This document shows, piece after piece, positions 51,345 through 62,952 of a DNA stretch of 64,000 nt. A program made the translations under genes and the position numbers. Below the pieces are notes generated by a model. That model searched no databases and was not told where the DNA came from. It worked only from the letters and a program-made list of their open reading frames with translations. Origin of the DNA: an uncultured Clostridia bacterium (lineage in GTDB: Bacteria > Bacillota > Clostridia > TANB77 > CAG-508); contig CANPZM010000001.1 of assembly GCA_947589065.1 (NCBI GenBank), positions 455-64,454 of the forward strand. Reading direction: 5' to 3'. Position 1 is the first letter of the stretch, and every line of letters starts with the position of its first letter.

Positions 51345-51623
51345 CTATTTTTTATTTACTAAATCTTTTAATGCTTTACCAGCTTTGAATACTGGAGCTT
51401 TTGATGCAGGTATTTTGATTTCTTCTTTAGTTTGTGGGTTTCTTCCTTTTCTAGCTGCTCTTTTTCTTACTTCAAAAGAACCAAATCCAACTAATTGAAC
51501 TTTATCTCCCTTTGCTAATGATGCCATAATTGTTTCAACTACTGCGTTAATTGTTGATTCAGCACCTTTTTTTGTGTCTCCTGTTTTTGCAGCTACTGCT
51601 GCGATTAATTCAGCTTTGTTCAT
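51345..51623 (-). CDS. hup: DNA-binding protein HU
   Basis: 92 aa. MNKAELI...[22 protein letters not shown] signature. Confidence 0.9.
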   Translation of the reverse strand: MNKAELIAAVAAKTGDTKKGAESTINAVVETIMASLAKGDKVQLVGFGSFEVRKRAARKGRNPQTKEEIKIPASKAPVFKAGKALKDLVNKK

Positions 51624-51765
51624 CTTTTTACCTCCTAATAGATTTTAGTATTTTATGTAGATATCAAAATCTACAATATGTTTATTCGCCAAGTTATTTT
51701 AAAATCCTTCTTTTTTTTTCAATTTTTTTCTTATTTTTCAAGCATTACAAAATTTTTGTCATTTT

Positions 51766-53403
51766 TTATTTGCATAAATTAAACTTTTTTAAAAGTCTGT
51801 AAATGCTTTCGCCTCTAGGCAACATTTCAATTTCTTCTTTAGAAAAAATACGTAAAATTAACACAGATATTAAGAATACTATAACAGCAATAAAAATTGT
51901 TATTATTGTTAAAAGTCTAATTGCAATATAAGGTTTTAATAACCAAAATACTCCATATGAAATAATACTCATAATCATTGTAGCCATAATAGGTCTGATA
52001 GATAATCTAGTCAATGAAAAATTTAATTTAGTAGTTTTTCTTAGTTTTGTATATACTATTAAAAATGATATTAAATGACAAGCAATTGAGCCAATTGCAG
52101 CTCCAACCTCATATATACCAGCAATTGGAATTAAAATAATATTTAAAATTGCCTTTATAATAACTCCTAAACCTAAAGCTATTGTAGGAGTTTTTACATC
52201 TCCAAAACCATGTAATACACCTTGTAAAGTTTGAGCCAATATAGTAAAAATAATAGTGAAAGCTGATACAGCTAGTACTACTCCGCCATCACTTGCTTGA
52301 GGAAACAATAATAATAGTATCTCCTTTGCATATAAAAACATTCCAATTGTACAAGGTAAACCTATTAATAAACTTATTAATAAAGAAAAAGATATTCTTT
52401 TATTAATAGTATCTTGATCTTTTTTTGCATTAGCAGCTGAGATTGCAGGGACCAAAGCTGTAGCAAAGGCAATATTAAGAGCAAGAGGTAATGATGTTAA
52501 GACATCTACTTTAGCACTCAATATACCATACTTAATTTTAGCTGTTTCTTCACCTAATATCGGTTTCAAAATTCTAACAACAGTCATTGAATCAACTAAT
52601 TTATTAAAAGAAGATAATATTGAAGCAAATGAAATTGGAATCGCAATCCATAATATTGTCTTCACTATACTCTTAAACGTTCTATTTTCTTTTTTTACTC
52701 CTGGTGCATTCTTTACAGGTATAAGTTTCTTTTCTTTTATATAATACCTATATAAATAATATGTACTAAATAATATTGCTGTTGTTGTAGCAGCAGTAGC
52801 TGCAGCAGCCATATAAACAGTATTTAAACTTGATATAATTACAGCAATTTCTACAAATATAATTGTAAGTATTGTTTTCCAAAATTGTTCAAAACTTTGT
52901 GAATTAGCTGTAGCTCTCATCTGTTCTCTACCATTAAAATATCCTCTAAATACAGATGAAACAGCAACAAAAAATACTCCAGGAGACAATATCATAAGAG
53001 TTATCTTAGATTCAGGAATTTCTAACCATACATTTGAAATATAACTTGCACCCAAAAATAAGAATAATGTTCCACACATTCCTATTAGCCCAAAAGTTAA
53101 AATTGCAATTTTAAATACTCTATGAGCTCCTTCATTATCTCCAATTGCCACTCTTTCCGAAATTAATTTTGAAATTGCATTTGGAATTCCAATTGATGAA
53201 ATAGAAAGCAATAATGCATATATCTGATAGCTCCCCATATATAAAGCATTACCTGTATCTCCAAATCCCTTTCTATTTGTCAAATATAATGTTTGAACTA
53301 ATCCTAATATTTTTATCAATACTTGTGAAAATATTAAAACTAACACTCCCTGTAAAAATGTTTCTTTTCTAAACTTGTTTTTCTTTTCTGTTTTTTCTCG
53401 CAT
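51766..53403 (-). CDS. MOP-superfamily polysaccharide/lipid-II-type flippase (SpoVB-like)
   Basis: 545 aa with about 14 TM segments. The N-terminal FLQGVLVLIFSQVLIKILGLVQTLYL region is typical of the SpoVB/Wzx/MurJ-like family. Confidence 0.6.
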   Translation of the reverse strand: MREKTEKKNKFRKETFLQGVLVLIFSQVLIKILGLVQTLYLTNRKGFGDTGNALYMGSYQIYALLLSISSIGIPNAISKLISERVAIGDNEGAHRVFKIAILTFGLIGMCGTLFLFLGASYISNVWLEIPESKITLMILSPGVFFVAVSSVFRGYFNGREQMRATANSQSFEQFWKTILTIIFVEIAVIISSLNTVYMAAAATAATTTAILFSTYYLYRYYIKEKKLIPVKNAPGVKKENRTFKSIVKTILWIAIPISFASILSSFNKLVDSMTVVRILKPILGEETAKIKYGILSAKVDVLTSLPLALNIAFATALVPAISAANAKKDQDTINKRISFSLLISLLIGLPCTIGMFLYAKEILLLLFPQASDGGVVLAVSAFTIIFTILAQTLQGVLHGFGDVKTPTIALGLGVIIKAILNIILIPIAGIYEVGAAIGSIACHLISFLIVYTKLRKTTKLNFSLTRLSIRPIMATMIMSIISYGVFWLLKPYIAIRLLTIITIFIAVIVFLISVLILRIFSKEEIEMLPRGESIYRLLKKFNLCK

Positions 53404-53591
53404 ATAAAAATCCTTTCTATAAATATATACATTATATTTATATTAAGGAATTATTGCAAGTATTTTATTTTTTATATTTTAAATGTAATTTTTTACTATA
53501 TTTTTCGTACTATTTTTTCAAAAAGTATTGTTTTTTTCGCCTTTTTGTAGGATAATAGAATTGTAAATTTATGTGAAAGAGAGGAAATATT

Positions 53592-55931
53592 TTGTTAAAG
53601 TCAATTGGTAGTTTTATAGGAAAAAATGTAGATAAATTCTTAAAAATCTTAAAAACTGATAGAAACACTTTTTTCACCTATATATTAACTCTAGCAACTG
53701 CATATATCTGTATTGATAGACTTTTTGAAATGATTTTTTTAATTTTCTTTGGAGTATCAGTTTCATACTGGGGACCTTTCATGTATACTCTTGCATATGC
53801 GTGCCCTGTATTTGCTTTTTTATTTGGTGCTGCTTCAAAATTTGCAGTAGATGATGTTCAAAAATTTTCTATGTTTAAGTTATATTACATAGCTTTATAT
53901 ATAATAGGTCTATCTATGGCAATGCAATGGGTTAATCAAGCATTATGGTTCTTACTATTCATGTTACCAAATTATGTAGGAATAGTTACTCAATTTATGG
54001 ATCTGATAAAACCCGCTTTCATGGCAATCGCATGTTACTTACCAGTAATCACGATTCTACCTGTTATAAAGAAAATGCTTTTAACATATGCAGATACTAA
54101 AGACATAAGAGATTCAGTTGCTGATTATAATGGTATTTCTCTTGAGGCTCCTAGTGAAGCAGTTGGACCATATACATGTGAAATGCTTATATGTAGAGAT
54201 ATAGAAAAAGGTAAAATAATAAAAACACCCGAATCTAGAAGATTTGAGGCTACACTAATTGTTGGTGTTTCTGGTTCAGGAAAAACAACAATGGCATTTG
54301 AGCCAATGATTGCTCGTGACATTGAGAAAAAATTCTTTTTCAAAGAAGCTTCTAAGGAACTTGGATTTGCGGCATTAAAAACAGGAATAGCTTCAATTAG
54401 AGAACCATTTTCTAATGAATATATAAATGAACATTTTTCATTAAATATGTTAGAAATTCGACCCGGAAAAGAAAAATTATTTAATACATATTTGCATAAA
54501 TTAATATACTATTCTTCAAGTAATCAAACTGTATTTAAAGATTTAGGTCTTACATATATTGCACCCGATTATGAGTCAATTTCACATATAATTGAAGTAT
54601 TAGATAATTATGAAATGAAATATAATTTAGTGGATCCAAATGATATGAATTCCATTGGTTTAAATCCTTTCATATTTGATGATCCAGTAAAAACATCTTT
54701 AGCAATATCAGCCGTACTTAAAAGAATGTATGATACAAATGAAGTTACTACACAACAAGCTTATATGCAAAACATTACAACACAAGCAATTGAAAACTTG
54801 TCATTACTATTAAAAGAAGTATATCCAAAAACTCACAATGGAACATTACCTAATCTTGAAGATTTGCTAATGATGTTAAATAATTTTGAACTTGTAGAGC
54901 AATTTTGCGAAAAAATGAAAAAACTTCCAGAACTTGCAGAAAAATATAAAATTCTACTTACCTATTTCAAAAACAATTTTTATGCAAATTCTCAAGGCTA
55001 TAATGATACTAGGAAATCATTACAAGCAGCCAGTGCTCAACTAGAAAATCTACTTCGTTTTCCTGGTGTAAGAAATATTTTATGTAATAGAACAAATAAT
55101 ATTAACTTTGATAATGCTTTAAAAAATGGTGAAATAACATTAATTTGTACAAGACGTGGTGATTTAGGAGCATCTGTAAATAAAGCTTTTGGTTTATTTA
55201 CTCTTCTATTAATGCAACATTCTATAATATCTAGACCAGGTATTGAAAAATCAAGATTACCACATTTCTTATATATTGATGAATTTCCTCCATTTGTATG
55301 TAAAGCCACAGAAGATTTCTTCACACTATTTAGAAAATACAGAGTTGGTTTAATTATATCTGCCCAAAACTTATCACAGTTTGGAACTAATACTAATTTA
55401 ACAAATTCACAAAATTATAGACAAACTATACTTGCAAACTGCACAACAAAAATAGTATTTGGTAATAATACCCCAGAAGATAATGAATGGTGGTCAAAAG
55501 AATTCGGTGATAAACGTGATTGGTTATTTAAAATGGATTATAATACTGGCGATGTTCAATATGATAAAAAATACAAAGATATCGCTTGGGGTTATAAAGC
55601 AAACTTCCAAGCCGGAAAAGTACAATCACAAAAATTCAAAGCAATTATATATAAAACTAGAGATATAAAAGGAAAAATGCTTGTTGGTAAAGGAAAACTT
55701 GATTTTATTGAATCAAAACATAAAGAAAAACATCATTCAAAACAATTTAATTTTTCAAAATATTATGATACTGCTACAACTCAAGAAGCTTCAGAATCAT
55801 CATTTGTAAATGATTCTCAATCATTTGATGAAGATCCAATTAAATATAATAATACAAATGATTCAAGAATGTTTTTAGAAAGTGATGGTGCTATAACTTA
55901 TACAATTAATAAACCATCTAAAAAGAGTTAA
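53592..55931 (+). CDS. VirD4/TraG/TraD-like type IV coupling protein-family ATPase with a polytopic N-terminal membrane domain (orphan)
   Basis: 779 aa. TTG start with SD GAGAGG. Four to five N-terminal TM segments. Walker A GVSGSGKTT, Walker B FLYIDEFPPF. T4CP-type motifs RVGLIISAQNLSQFG (cf. VirD4 IRFHIIAQSLGQL) and TKIVFGNNTPEDNEWWSKEFG (cf. VirD4 RIAFGANDPATAE.LSK.LG). Confidence 0.6.
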   Translation: MLKSIGSFIGKNVDKFLKILKTDRNTFFTYILTLATAYICIDRLFEMIFLIFFGVSVSYWGPFMYTLAYACPVFAFLFGAASKFAVDDVQKFSMFKLYYIALYIIGLSMAMQWVNQALWFLLFMLPNYVGIVTQFMDLIKPAFMAIACYLPVITILPVIKKMLLTYADTKDIRDSVADYNGISLEAPSEAVGPYTCEMLICRDIEKGKIIKTPESRRFEATLIVGVSGSGKTTMAFEPMIARDIEKKFFFKEASKELGFAALKTGIASIREPFSNEYINEHFSLNMLEIRPGKEKLFNTYLHKLIYYSSSNQTVFKDLGLTYIAPDYESISHIIEVLDNYEMKYNLVDPNDMNSIGLNPFIFDDPVKTSLAISAVLKRMYDTNEVTTQQAYMQNITTQAIENLSLLLKEVYPKTHNGTLPNLEDLLMMLNNFELVEQFCEKMKKLPELAEKYKILLTYFKNNFYANSQGYNDTRKSLQAASAQLENLLRFPGVRNILCNRTNNINFDNALKNGEITLICTRRGDLGASVNKAFGLFTLLLMQHSIISRPGIEKSRLPHFLYIDEFPPFVCKATEDFFTLFRKYRVGLIISAQNLSQFGTNTNLTNSQNYRQTILANCTTKIVFGNNTPEDNEWWSKEFGDKRDWLFKMDYNTGDVQYDKKYKDIAWGYKANFQAGKVQSQKFKAIIYKTRDIKGKMLVGKGKLDFIESKHKEKHHSKQFNFSKYYDTATTQEASESSFVNDSQSFDEDPIKYNNTNDSRMFLESDGAITYTINKPSKKS

Positions 55932-55971
55932 AATTTTGTTAATAGATGTGCAATATAATATCCTATTATGT

Positions 55972-56013
55972 AAAAAGGAGTACAAAAAAATTAATTTTTG
56001 TACTCCTTTTTTT
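55972..56013. terminator. Bidirectional intrinsic terminator between the convergent T4CP-like gene and the P-type ATPase gene
   Basis: Perfect 17-bp inverted repeat AAAAAGGAGTACAAAAA-aattaa-TTTTTGTACTCCTTTTT with A/T runs on both sides. Confidence 0.8.
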
Positions 56014-56020
56014 CACTCTT

Positions 56021-58642
56021 CTAAATCCATTCATGATATTTCTTAATATATATCTTTTTCGCAATCATTGCAATAAAACAATATAAAATTGTTACAGTCA
56101 AGATTAGAACAATGTACTCAAACGTTATTGGAACAAAACCAAGTATTTTCCCTAAAAAAGTAAATGGAACAGCTATACCAATAATTGATAATAATATTGA
56201 TGACAAATACACCATCTTATTAGCATTACTCTGTACAAAAGGAATTTTAGTAGTTCTAATTATATGCATACCAGCTAAGTTTGATACTATACTATATGAA
56301 AACCAGACAGTTTGAAATGTAGCCACATCTCTTATTCCCAAAGCAAACCACATTCCAGAAAATATAATTAAATCAAAAGCAGAACTAATCGGTCCCATAA
56401 ATACCATAAAATTCTTTAAACTTTTTACATCGAATTTTTTGGGTTTCTGTAAAGCTTCTTTATCAACATTATCAAAAGGTAAAGTCATTTGTCCAAAATC
56501 ATACAATAGACCTTCAACTAAAAGTTGAATTGGTGTTTCTGGCAAGAATGGTAAAAATATACATGCTATAATTCCTGATATTACCTCACCAAAATTAAAA
56601 CTCGTAGATAATTTAATATATTTTAATAAATTTGCAAATGTACGTCTTCCTTCATCTACTCCGTCTAATAAAACATTTAAATCTTTTTCAAGTAAAATTA
56701 CATCTGCAGATTCTTTCGCAATATCAACAGCTGTATCTACAGATATTCCAACATCTGAATTTAGTAATGATGGACTATCATTTATTCCATCTCCCATATA
56801 TCCAACTACATTACCACTTTCTTTTAATATTCTAACAATCCTTGCCTTCTGAATTGGAGACAATTTTGCAAATATATTATTATCTCTAAGTAATTTTTGG
56901 ACACCCCTATCTGTTAATTTATCTATTTTAGAACCTTCTATAATATTTCTTGTATTTATATTAACTTTATCACAAATTGCCTTTGTTACATATACATTAT
57001 CACCTGTTAATACAATGACTCTAATTCCTAATTTATTTAATTTTTCAATAGATTCTTTGGCAGATGCTTTAGGTGGATCTAAGAAACCAACAAATCCCAA
57101 AAATATCATATTTTTTTCTTCATCTACGGAAAAATTTGCACTATCATTAAATTCTTTCTTTTCACATAATCCAATAACTCTTAACCCCAATTTATTAAGT
57201 TCTTTACTAATATTTAAAACATTTTGTCTAATTTTTCCTGTTATTTCTTCTACTTTATTATTAATTTTTACTTTTGTACAAATTGATAATATTTCTTCAA
57301 TAGCACCTTTAGTTATCATGCAAATTTCATTGCTTTCATCTTGTACTATAACAGATAATCTTCTACGCGAAAAATCAAACGGAATTTCATCAATTTTTTT
57401 ATAATTCTGAGCTAAATCAGAAATACCATTATTATCTGCACGTTTTATAATTGCATCATCTATATTTCCTTTTAATCCAGTTTGAAATGTAGCATTTAGA
57501 AAAGCATATTTTAAAATTGATTCATCAGTAACACCTGATGCATTTAAGTATTTTTCAAGAACAATTTTATCTTCTGTTAAGGTTCCTGTTTTATCAGTGC
57601 ACAAAATATTCATTGAGCCAAAACTTTGAATGGAATCTAGCTTTTTTACAATTGTTTTTTTCTTTGACATCCTAATAGCACCCTTTGATAAACAAGAAGA
57701 TAAAATTACTGGTAATAATAATGGTGTAATTGTAATTGCAACCGCAACTGCAAAAGTAAATGCAACTAATAAATCATGTTTCCATGCATTCACTAAAAAT
57801 ATAATAGGAATTGCTACAACCATAAAACGAATTAACAATTTACTTATATTTTCAATGTTTCTTTCAAAAGCAGTCTTAGGTTTACCCAAATTAAGGGTAT
57901 GTGCTATTTTTCCAAAATAAGTATTATCTGCTATTTTTACAACAACACCTATTGCACTACCAGAAACTACATTCGTACCCATAAAACAAATCGTATCTAA
58001 ATCTGTAATGCTTTCAATGTCATCCATATTTACTTCTGATATACTATTTTTTTTAATTAAATCAGATTCTCCTGTTAGCGAAGATTGTCCTACATATAAA
58101 TCCTTTGATTCAATAATTCTTAAATCTGCAGGTATCATACTTCCTGCAGAAAGAGCAACAATATCTCCTATTGTTACATCTTTTATAGGAATATCAATCT
58201 TTTTTCCATCTCTTATAACAGCAGCCGTAGTCTGAACTAATTCTTTTAGCTTTGAAGCTGCCTTATTTGATTTATACTCTTGTGTAAATTCCAAAGTTGT
58301 ACTAACTATAACTAATGTAATAATAACAATAATATTAGCAAAACTAGGATTCTCTGGTAAAAAAACATCTGTGTAAAATAAGATTACAATAATTCCTAAC
58401 AATATACTATTAAACGGACTAAATAAACTTTGTGTAAAATAATAATACCATTTTTTATCTTTTGCCTTTTTTACTTCATTTTTTCCATAATTTTTCTGAT
58501 TTTCCATTACTGCCTGGCTAGAAAGTCCATTTTTCTCATCTGTCTTATAATCTTTTAAAATTTCATCTTTATTGGCAGTACAACATTTTCCATATAATTT
58601 TTTTATATCTATAACATCTTTAGTATTTTGCAAACAAATCAT
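56021..58642 (-). CDS. Cation-transporting P-type ATPase (MgtA-like P3B/P2 type)
   Basis: 873 aa. DKTGTLT phosphorylation motif, TGES, TGDN, GDGINDSPSL hinge, 10 TM segments. Confidence 0.8.
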   Translation of the reverse strand: MICLQNTKDVIDIKKLYGKCCTANKDEILKDYKTDEKNGLSSQAVMENQKNYGKNEVKKAKDKKWYYYFTQSLFSPFNSILLGIIVILFYTDVFLPENPSFANIIVIITLVIVSTTLEFTQEYKSNKAASKLKELVQTTAAVIRDGKKIDIPIKDVTIGDIVALSAGSMIPADLRIIESKDLYVGQSSLTGESDLIKKNSISEVNMDDIESITDLDTICFMGTNVVSGSAIGVVVKIADNTYFGKIAHTLNLGKPKTAFERNIENISKLLIRFMVVAIPIIFLVNAWKHDLLVAFTFAVAVAITITPLLLPVILSSCLSKGAIRMSKKKTIVKKLDSIQSFGSMNILCTDKTGTLTEDKIVLEKYLNASGVTDESILKYAFLNATFQTGLKGNIDDAIIKRADNNGISDLAQNYKKIDEIPFDFSRRRLSVIVQDESNEICMITKGAIEEILSICTKVKINNKVEEITGKIRQNVLNISKELNKLGLRVIGLCEKKEFNDSANFSVDEEKNMIFLGFVGFLDPPKASAKESIEKLNKLGIRVIVLTGDNVYVTKAICDKVNINTRNIIEGSKIDKLTDRGVQKLLRDNNIFAKLSPIQKARIVRILKESGNVVGYMGDGINDSPSLLNSDVGISVDTAVDIAKESADVILLEKDLNVLLDGVDEGRRTFANLLKYIKLSTSFNFGEVISGIIACIFLPFLPETPIQLLVEGLLYDFGQMTLPFDNVDKEALQKPKKFDVKSLKNFMVFMGPISSAFDLIIFSGMWFALGIRDVATFQTVWFSYSIVSNLAGMHIIRTTKIPFVQSNANKMVYLSSILLSIIGIAVPFTFLGKILGFVPITFEYIVLILTVTILYCFIAMIAKKIYIKKYHEWI

Positions 58643-58699
58643 CTTCCTTCTTTATAAACATTACGTATTTTATATTATTTTTCGTTATATAAAAATTTT

Positions 58700-59647
58700 T
58701 TATCCGCTATTATTAATAAATTTAGAAACAAAAAATCCTTCCATATATTTTGACGGTAAAATTTTAATTGACTTATCAATTGTTCTATTTAATCCACTAT
58801 TATCTCCATTAATTGCATTTTTTATATCAATATCAATGTTTACTAACTTCAAATCAAAATTATTTAATGCCCAATCTAAAATAAATTCATTTTCCTGTTT
58901 ATTTATTGTGCAAGTAGAATATACTAGTTCTCCTCCACTTTTTAAAGCTTTACAAGCACTTGCAAATAATTTTTTTTGCATTTTAGTTAAGTCATTGATT
59001 GTCTTTTCAGACCAATTTTTATAACTCATTGGTTTAGTTGCAATAAAACGTCCTTCACCACTACATGGCGTATCTAATAACACTTTATCAAATTTCTGTT
59101 CAAAATTTTCTCCTAACTTTTCTCCCCTTCCATTCATTACTTCAATAATGCTTGCACCTTGCATTTCAACATTATATTTTAATTTTTCTACTCTAATCTT
59201 GTCTAATTCATTTGCTAAAATATACCCTTTATTTTCCATTAAACATGCCATTTGAGTAGATTTACTTCCTGGTGCAGCAGTCATATCTAAAGCCATTTCC
59301 CCAGGTTTAGGAGCTAATACTAATGGAGGAATCATACTAGATAAACTTTGAATATACAAATACCCATTTTTATATAATTCTAATTTTTGAATATCTTTTT
59401 CTCGTGCATTTTTAATTATTAATGCATCATTATACCATGGAACTCTTTCAAATTTTATATTAAGTTCTTTAAAATCTTTCATTAAATTCTGTATATCATA
59501 TTTTAATGTATTCACTCTAAGTGTTACATATCTATCATCAGTCATTCCTAATAAAATTTTGTCAACAGTAATAGGTGAATAATTATCATACAAATTTTCA
59601 ACAAATTTTTGAGGTAAATGTCTCTTTATTTCTGTAATTGATAACAT
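58700..59647 (-). CDS. RsmB/RsmF (NOL1/NOP2/Sun) family RNA m5C methyltransferase
   Basis: 315 aa. SAM-binding DMTAAPGSKS and catalytic DTPCSGEG motifs. Confidence 0.75.
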   Translation of the reverse strand: MLSITEIKRHLPQKFVENLYDNYSPITVDKILLGMTDDRYVTLRVNTLKYDIQNLMKDFKELNIKFERVPWYNDALIIKNAREKDIQKLELYKNGYLYIQSLSSMIPPLVLAPKPGEMALDMTAAPGSKSTQMACLMENKGYILANELDKIRVEKLKYNVEMQGASIIEVMNGRGEKLGENFEQKFDKVLLDTPCSGEGRFIATKPMSYKNWSEKTINDLTKMQKKLFASACKALKSGGELVYSTCTINKQENEFILDWALNNFDLKLVNIDIDIKNAINGDNSGLNRTIDKSIKILPSKYMEGFFVSKFINNSG

Positions 59648-59694
59648 TCATATTCTCCTTTAAACAATATATATTAAGCAACTTTTGGTTATAA

Positions 59695-60561
59695 TTATTC
59701 AAGCAAACCATACACCATGGATACATCTGTTGGAATAATATACTTTGCTCCCATTTCTTCAGCAACTACTAATACAAAAGAAACCATAGCACGTGTCGCA
59801 TACCACCATTCTGGATCATCTACTCTATTTTTAATATTATCTAACGATATTTCTTCATAATATCTCTTAGAATCTTTAATACGTGTTTCTATATCCATCA
59901 TTATTGGTTGATTGTAATCATTATATAATGTGTTTTTAACATATTTAAATCCTGAATTTAATGCAAAAAATTTATGTCCACCACCAGCCAATATTAAAAT
60001 GTCTGCTTTAGTCTTAGGAATATTTAACTTATACTTTACAACTTGTTTCACTTCTTCTAAAGTAGTATGAGGCAAATCTTCTGCAAGATCAGGAAACAAA
60101 TTCATAACATCTATTACACCAAACTTTGTATTTACCATTTCTTTTATTTTTTTATCAAATATAGCAATTTCTGTTGAACCACCACCTCCAACAAATACTG
60201 CTACTTTTTTATTTACATTTTGAGTCGCTCCATACACAGTAAGTTCATTTTCTCTTTCTTGTGAAATAATTTCAAAATTTAAGCCAGTTTCATTTTTAAA
60301 CAAGTTTAAAAATTCTTTTTTCTGATTATCCAATAAGTTTCTAAAAATACTTGTTCCACATACATAAACATTATTAAATTTTTTTTGAATTTGTTGCACC
60401 TTATAAATTAATTTTTTGACATCATCAATATTTAATCTATTTTTTTCTTTAAAATTTTTCTTAAAACTTATGCAATATGTTTCCAAACGCTCAATATTCT
60501 TTCCATCATATTTGTCAATTTTTGTTACAGTAGAACCTACTTCTATAATAATTTTTTCCAT
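59695..60561 (-). CDS. ASKHA-fold protein, Ppx/GppA phosphatase-like
   Basis: 288 aa. N-terminal IIEVGSTVTK and central VFVGGGGSTEIAIF resemble the two phosphate-binding motifs of Ppx/GppA. Confidence 0.4.
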   Translation of the reverse strand: MEKIIIEVGSTVTKIDKYDGKNIERLETYCISFKKNFKEKNRLNIDDVKKLIYKVQQIQKKFNNVYVCGTSIFRNLLDNQKKEFLNLFKNETGLNFEIISQERENELTVYGATQNVNKKVAVFVGGGGSTEIAIFDKKIKEMVNTKFGVIDVMNLFPDLAEDLPHTTLEEVKQVVKYKLNIPKTKADILILAGGGHKFFALNSGFKYVKNTLYNDYNQPIMMDIETRIKDSKRYYEEISLDNIKNRVDDPEWWYATRAMVSFVLVVAEEMGAKYIIPTDVSMVYGLLE

Positions 60562-60814
60562 TATTATATAATCCTTTCTAAATTACATAAAAATTGAAAA
60601 TCTTTTTTGCATGCAAAAATTTTTTATAAATTTTAATCATATCTAAAACATTTCAGACTTTTTAATTAATACACTATAATATTATCATATTAGAATAACC
60701 AAATAAAGAAATTTTTTAAAAATTAATATCATATTTTTAAGGAAAAATTAAAACGTTATTCCCCAAAAACATTTAGGAAATAACGCTTTTAATAATCAAA
60801 ATACTACATAGACT

Positions 60815-62698
60815 TTATATATTTAAATTTTCTTTAAAAAATGACTGTACCTCATCTGCTGAAAGTTGTTCTTTCTCGCAAAGAATTGATGAAAGCTTCA
60901 TCAAAATTTGTTTATTGCTATCTATTATCTTTTTTGTACTCTCATACAATTCGCTACATATTTTTTCAGCTTTTTCCATAGCAGAGGTATCTATATTTTT
61001 GTTATATGATATTTCTCCTGAAACTTTTACCATATAAGAACCAGCCATAGCATATCTTCCTACCATTTGTAATACCAATTTACTTGCAACTTCTAAATCA
61101 TTACTTGCTCCACTAGAAACATCGTTGAATATTACTTCTTCAGCTGCCCGTCCTCCATAGCAAACTTGAATTTCCTTTTCAATATCAGATTTTCTTAAAT
61201 ATTCACTATCAGACGATTCAAACAAGTTATATCCACCAGCTTTTCCACGTGGTACTATAGAGATTCCTAAATTAGCAGTTTCGGGTTTTACAATAGCTGA
61301 AACAATAGCATGACCCGCTTCATGAACCGCAGTCAATTTTTTATCTGACTCTACAATCTTTTTAGATTTTTTCTGAATACCAATCCTTACTCGTGCAATT
61401 GCTTCATCTATTTCTGACATAGAAATATATCCTTTTTCTCTATTCACGGCTAATATAGCAGCTTCATTGAGAACGCATTCCAAATCAGCCCCACAAAAGC
61501 CAATAGTTCTTTTAGCAATTTCACTTAATATTACATCTTCAGAAAAAACTTTATTTCTTGCATGAACCCTGAGAATTTTTTCTCTTGCTACAATATCCGG
61601 CATTGGAATATAAATGTGTCTATCAAATCTTCCACGCCTTGTTATTGCAGAGTCTAAAACCTCAAGATGGTTTGTAGATGCGATAACAATAACATTATCT
61701 ACACTTGTAAATCCATCAATTTCAGCAAGTAACTGATTTAAAGTCTGTTCACTATACGACTGACCACTATACCTATCGCGAGCAATTGAATCAATCTCAT
61801 CAATAAAAATAATACAAGGGGCAGATTTTTTAGCAATTTCAAAAAGTTTTCTAACTTTGTCAGCACCAACTCCGACAAACTTATTATCAAAATTTGAACC
61901 ACTCTCATAAAAGAATGGAACATTAGCTTCCCCTGCAATTGCTTTTGCAAGAAGAGTTTTTCCTGTTCCAGGTTCTCCATTGACAATAATGCCTTTTGGT
62001 GGTCTTGCACCCATCAGCTGATACACATATGGATTTTTTAAAAAATCTACAATTTCTTCAAACTGCTCTTTTTCCTCATCTAGACCTGCAACATCTTCGA
62101 AAGTAACTTTAGAAGTAACTGGTTCAATTTTTATATTATCACCTAGCACTCCTCCCAAACTACTTTCAAGCGTCTTAGATGACCTTTTTAGCATTTTAAA
62201 AAGAAATACAATCCATAAAACTGGTAATAATAAACTGATTAAATTAAAGATCGTATCAGCCGCACCTACATCAGATTTAACAGCATTAATTTCTATTTCA
62301 GCTCCATTTTCAATCTTCCGCTGAATAAATTCCATAAAACTATCTTTGCTTGGAATTTCCGCTTTTGCCTCTTTACCATCATTTAATACAATAGATACCT
62401 CATCTTCAGAAATATCTAATTTAGATACTGAATCACTTTGTATATAATTTACAAGTTTATCATACGTTATTAATTCAGGTTTCTTTTTAAACAATGGTAA
62501 AATTATTCCAAAAACAAAAACTTCCATAAATAAGATAAATAATAACACATGTACCAATCTAATTTTGCGAATATTTAATCTTCTCTTATTAGGATTACCT
62601 CCTTCATCACTATCTGTGGGATTATTGCTTCCCATGTTCTCTGTTGTCCGTGAGTCCAATTTATCATTTGAACTCAAATACCTAACCCCATTTGTCAT
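60815..62698 (-). CDS. FtsH-family AAA+ zinc metalloprotease, second paralog with an N-terminal extension
   Basis: 627 aa. [20 protein letters not shown] 45-aa polar N-terminal extension precedes the first TM. Confidence 0.85.
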   Translation of the reverse strand: MTNGVRYLSSNDKLDSRTTENMGSNNPTDSDEGGNPNKRRLNIRKIRLVHVLLFILFMEVFVFGIILPLFKKKPELITYDKLVNYIQSDSVSKLDISEDEVSIVLNDGKEAKAEIPSKDSFMEFIQRKIENGAEIEINAVKSDVGAADTIFNLISLLLPVLWIVFLFKMLKRSSKTLESSLGGVLGDNIKIEPVTSKVTFEDVAGLDEEKEQFEEIVDFLKNPYVYQLMGARPPKGIIVNGEPGTGKTLLAKAIAGEANVPFFYESGSNFDNKFVGVGADKVRKLFEIAKKSAPCIIFIDEIDSIARDRYSGQSYSEQTLNQLLAEIDGFTSVDNVIVIASTNHLEVLDSAITRRGRFDRHIYIPMPDIVAREKILRVHARNKVFSEDVILSEIAKRTIGFCGADLECVLNEAAILAVNREKGYISMSEIDEAIARVRIGIQKKSKKIVESDKKLTAVHEAGHAIVSAIVKPETANLGISIVPRGKAGGYNLFESSDSEYLRKSDIEKEIQVCYGGRAAEEVIFNDVSSGASNDLEVASKLVLQMVGRYAMAGSYMVKVSGEISYNKNIDTSAMEKAEKICSELYESTKKIIDSNKQILMKLSSILCEKEQLSADEVQSFFKENLNI

Positions 62699-62952
62699 CT
62701 TTTAATACTCCTTCCTGTAAAATTATTTTGATTAATTTTGAAGATATAAATACCTTCAATTAATATAAAAATATATTCCTTAATATTATATGCTAAGTTA
62801 ACATAATTTTCAAGTGTTTGCCTAATAATTTTCGCATTTTAAAATTACTACCCTTTAATTAATTCATAACTTTTCAAAGGTCAAGCATTAACTTTTTTCT
62901 ACAATTATTGTGCTAAAATATTCTTATATATATTATTTCCTACATAAATATT

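Noticed and set aside
53404-56020. Integrated mobile element carrying the T4CP-like gene
   Set aside because: No integrase, relaxase, transposase, flanking direct repeats or compositional shift were found. The gene stands alone, so it is reported as an orphan rather than an ICE.
58643-58699. M-box (Mg2+) riboswitch upstream of the MgtA-like P-type ATPase
   Set aside because: The intergenic gap of about 57 nt is far too short for the roughly 160-nt M-box, and no conserved M-box sequence is seen.
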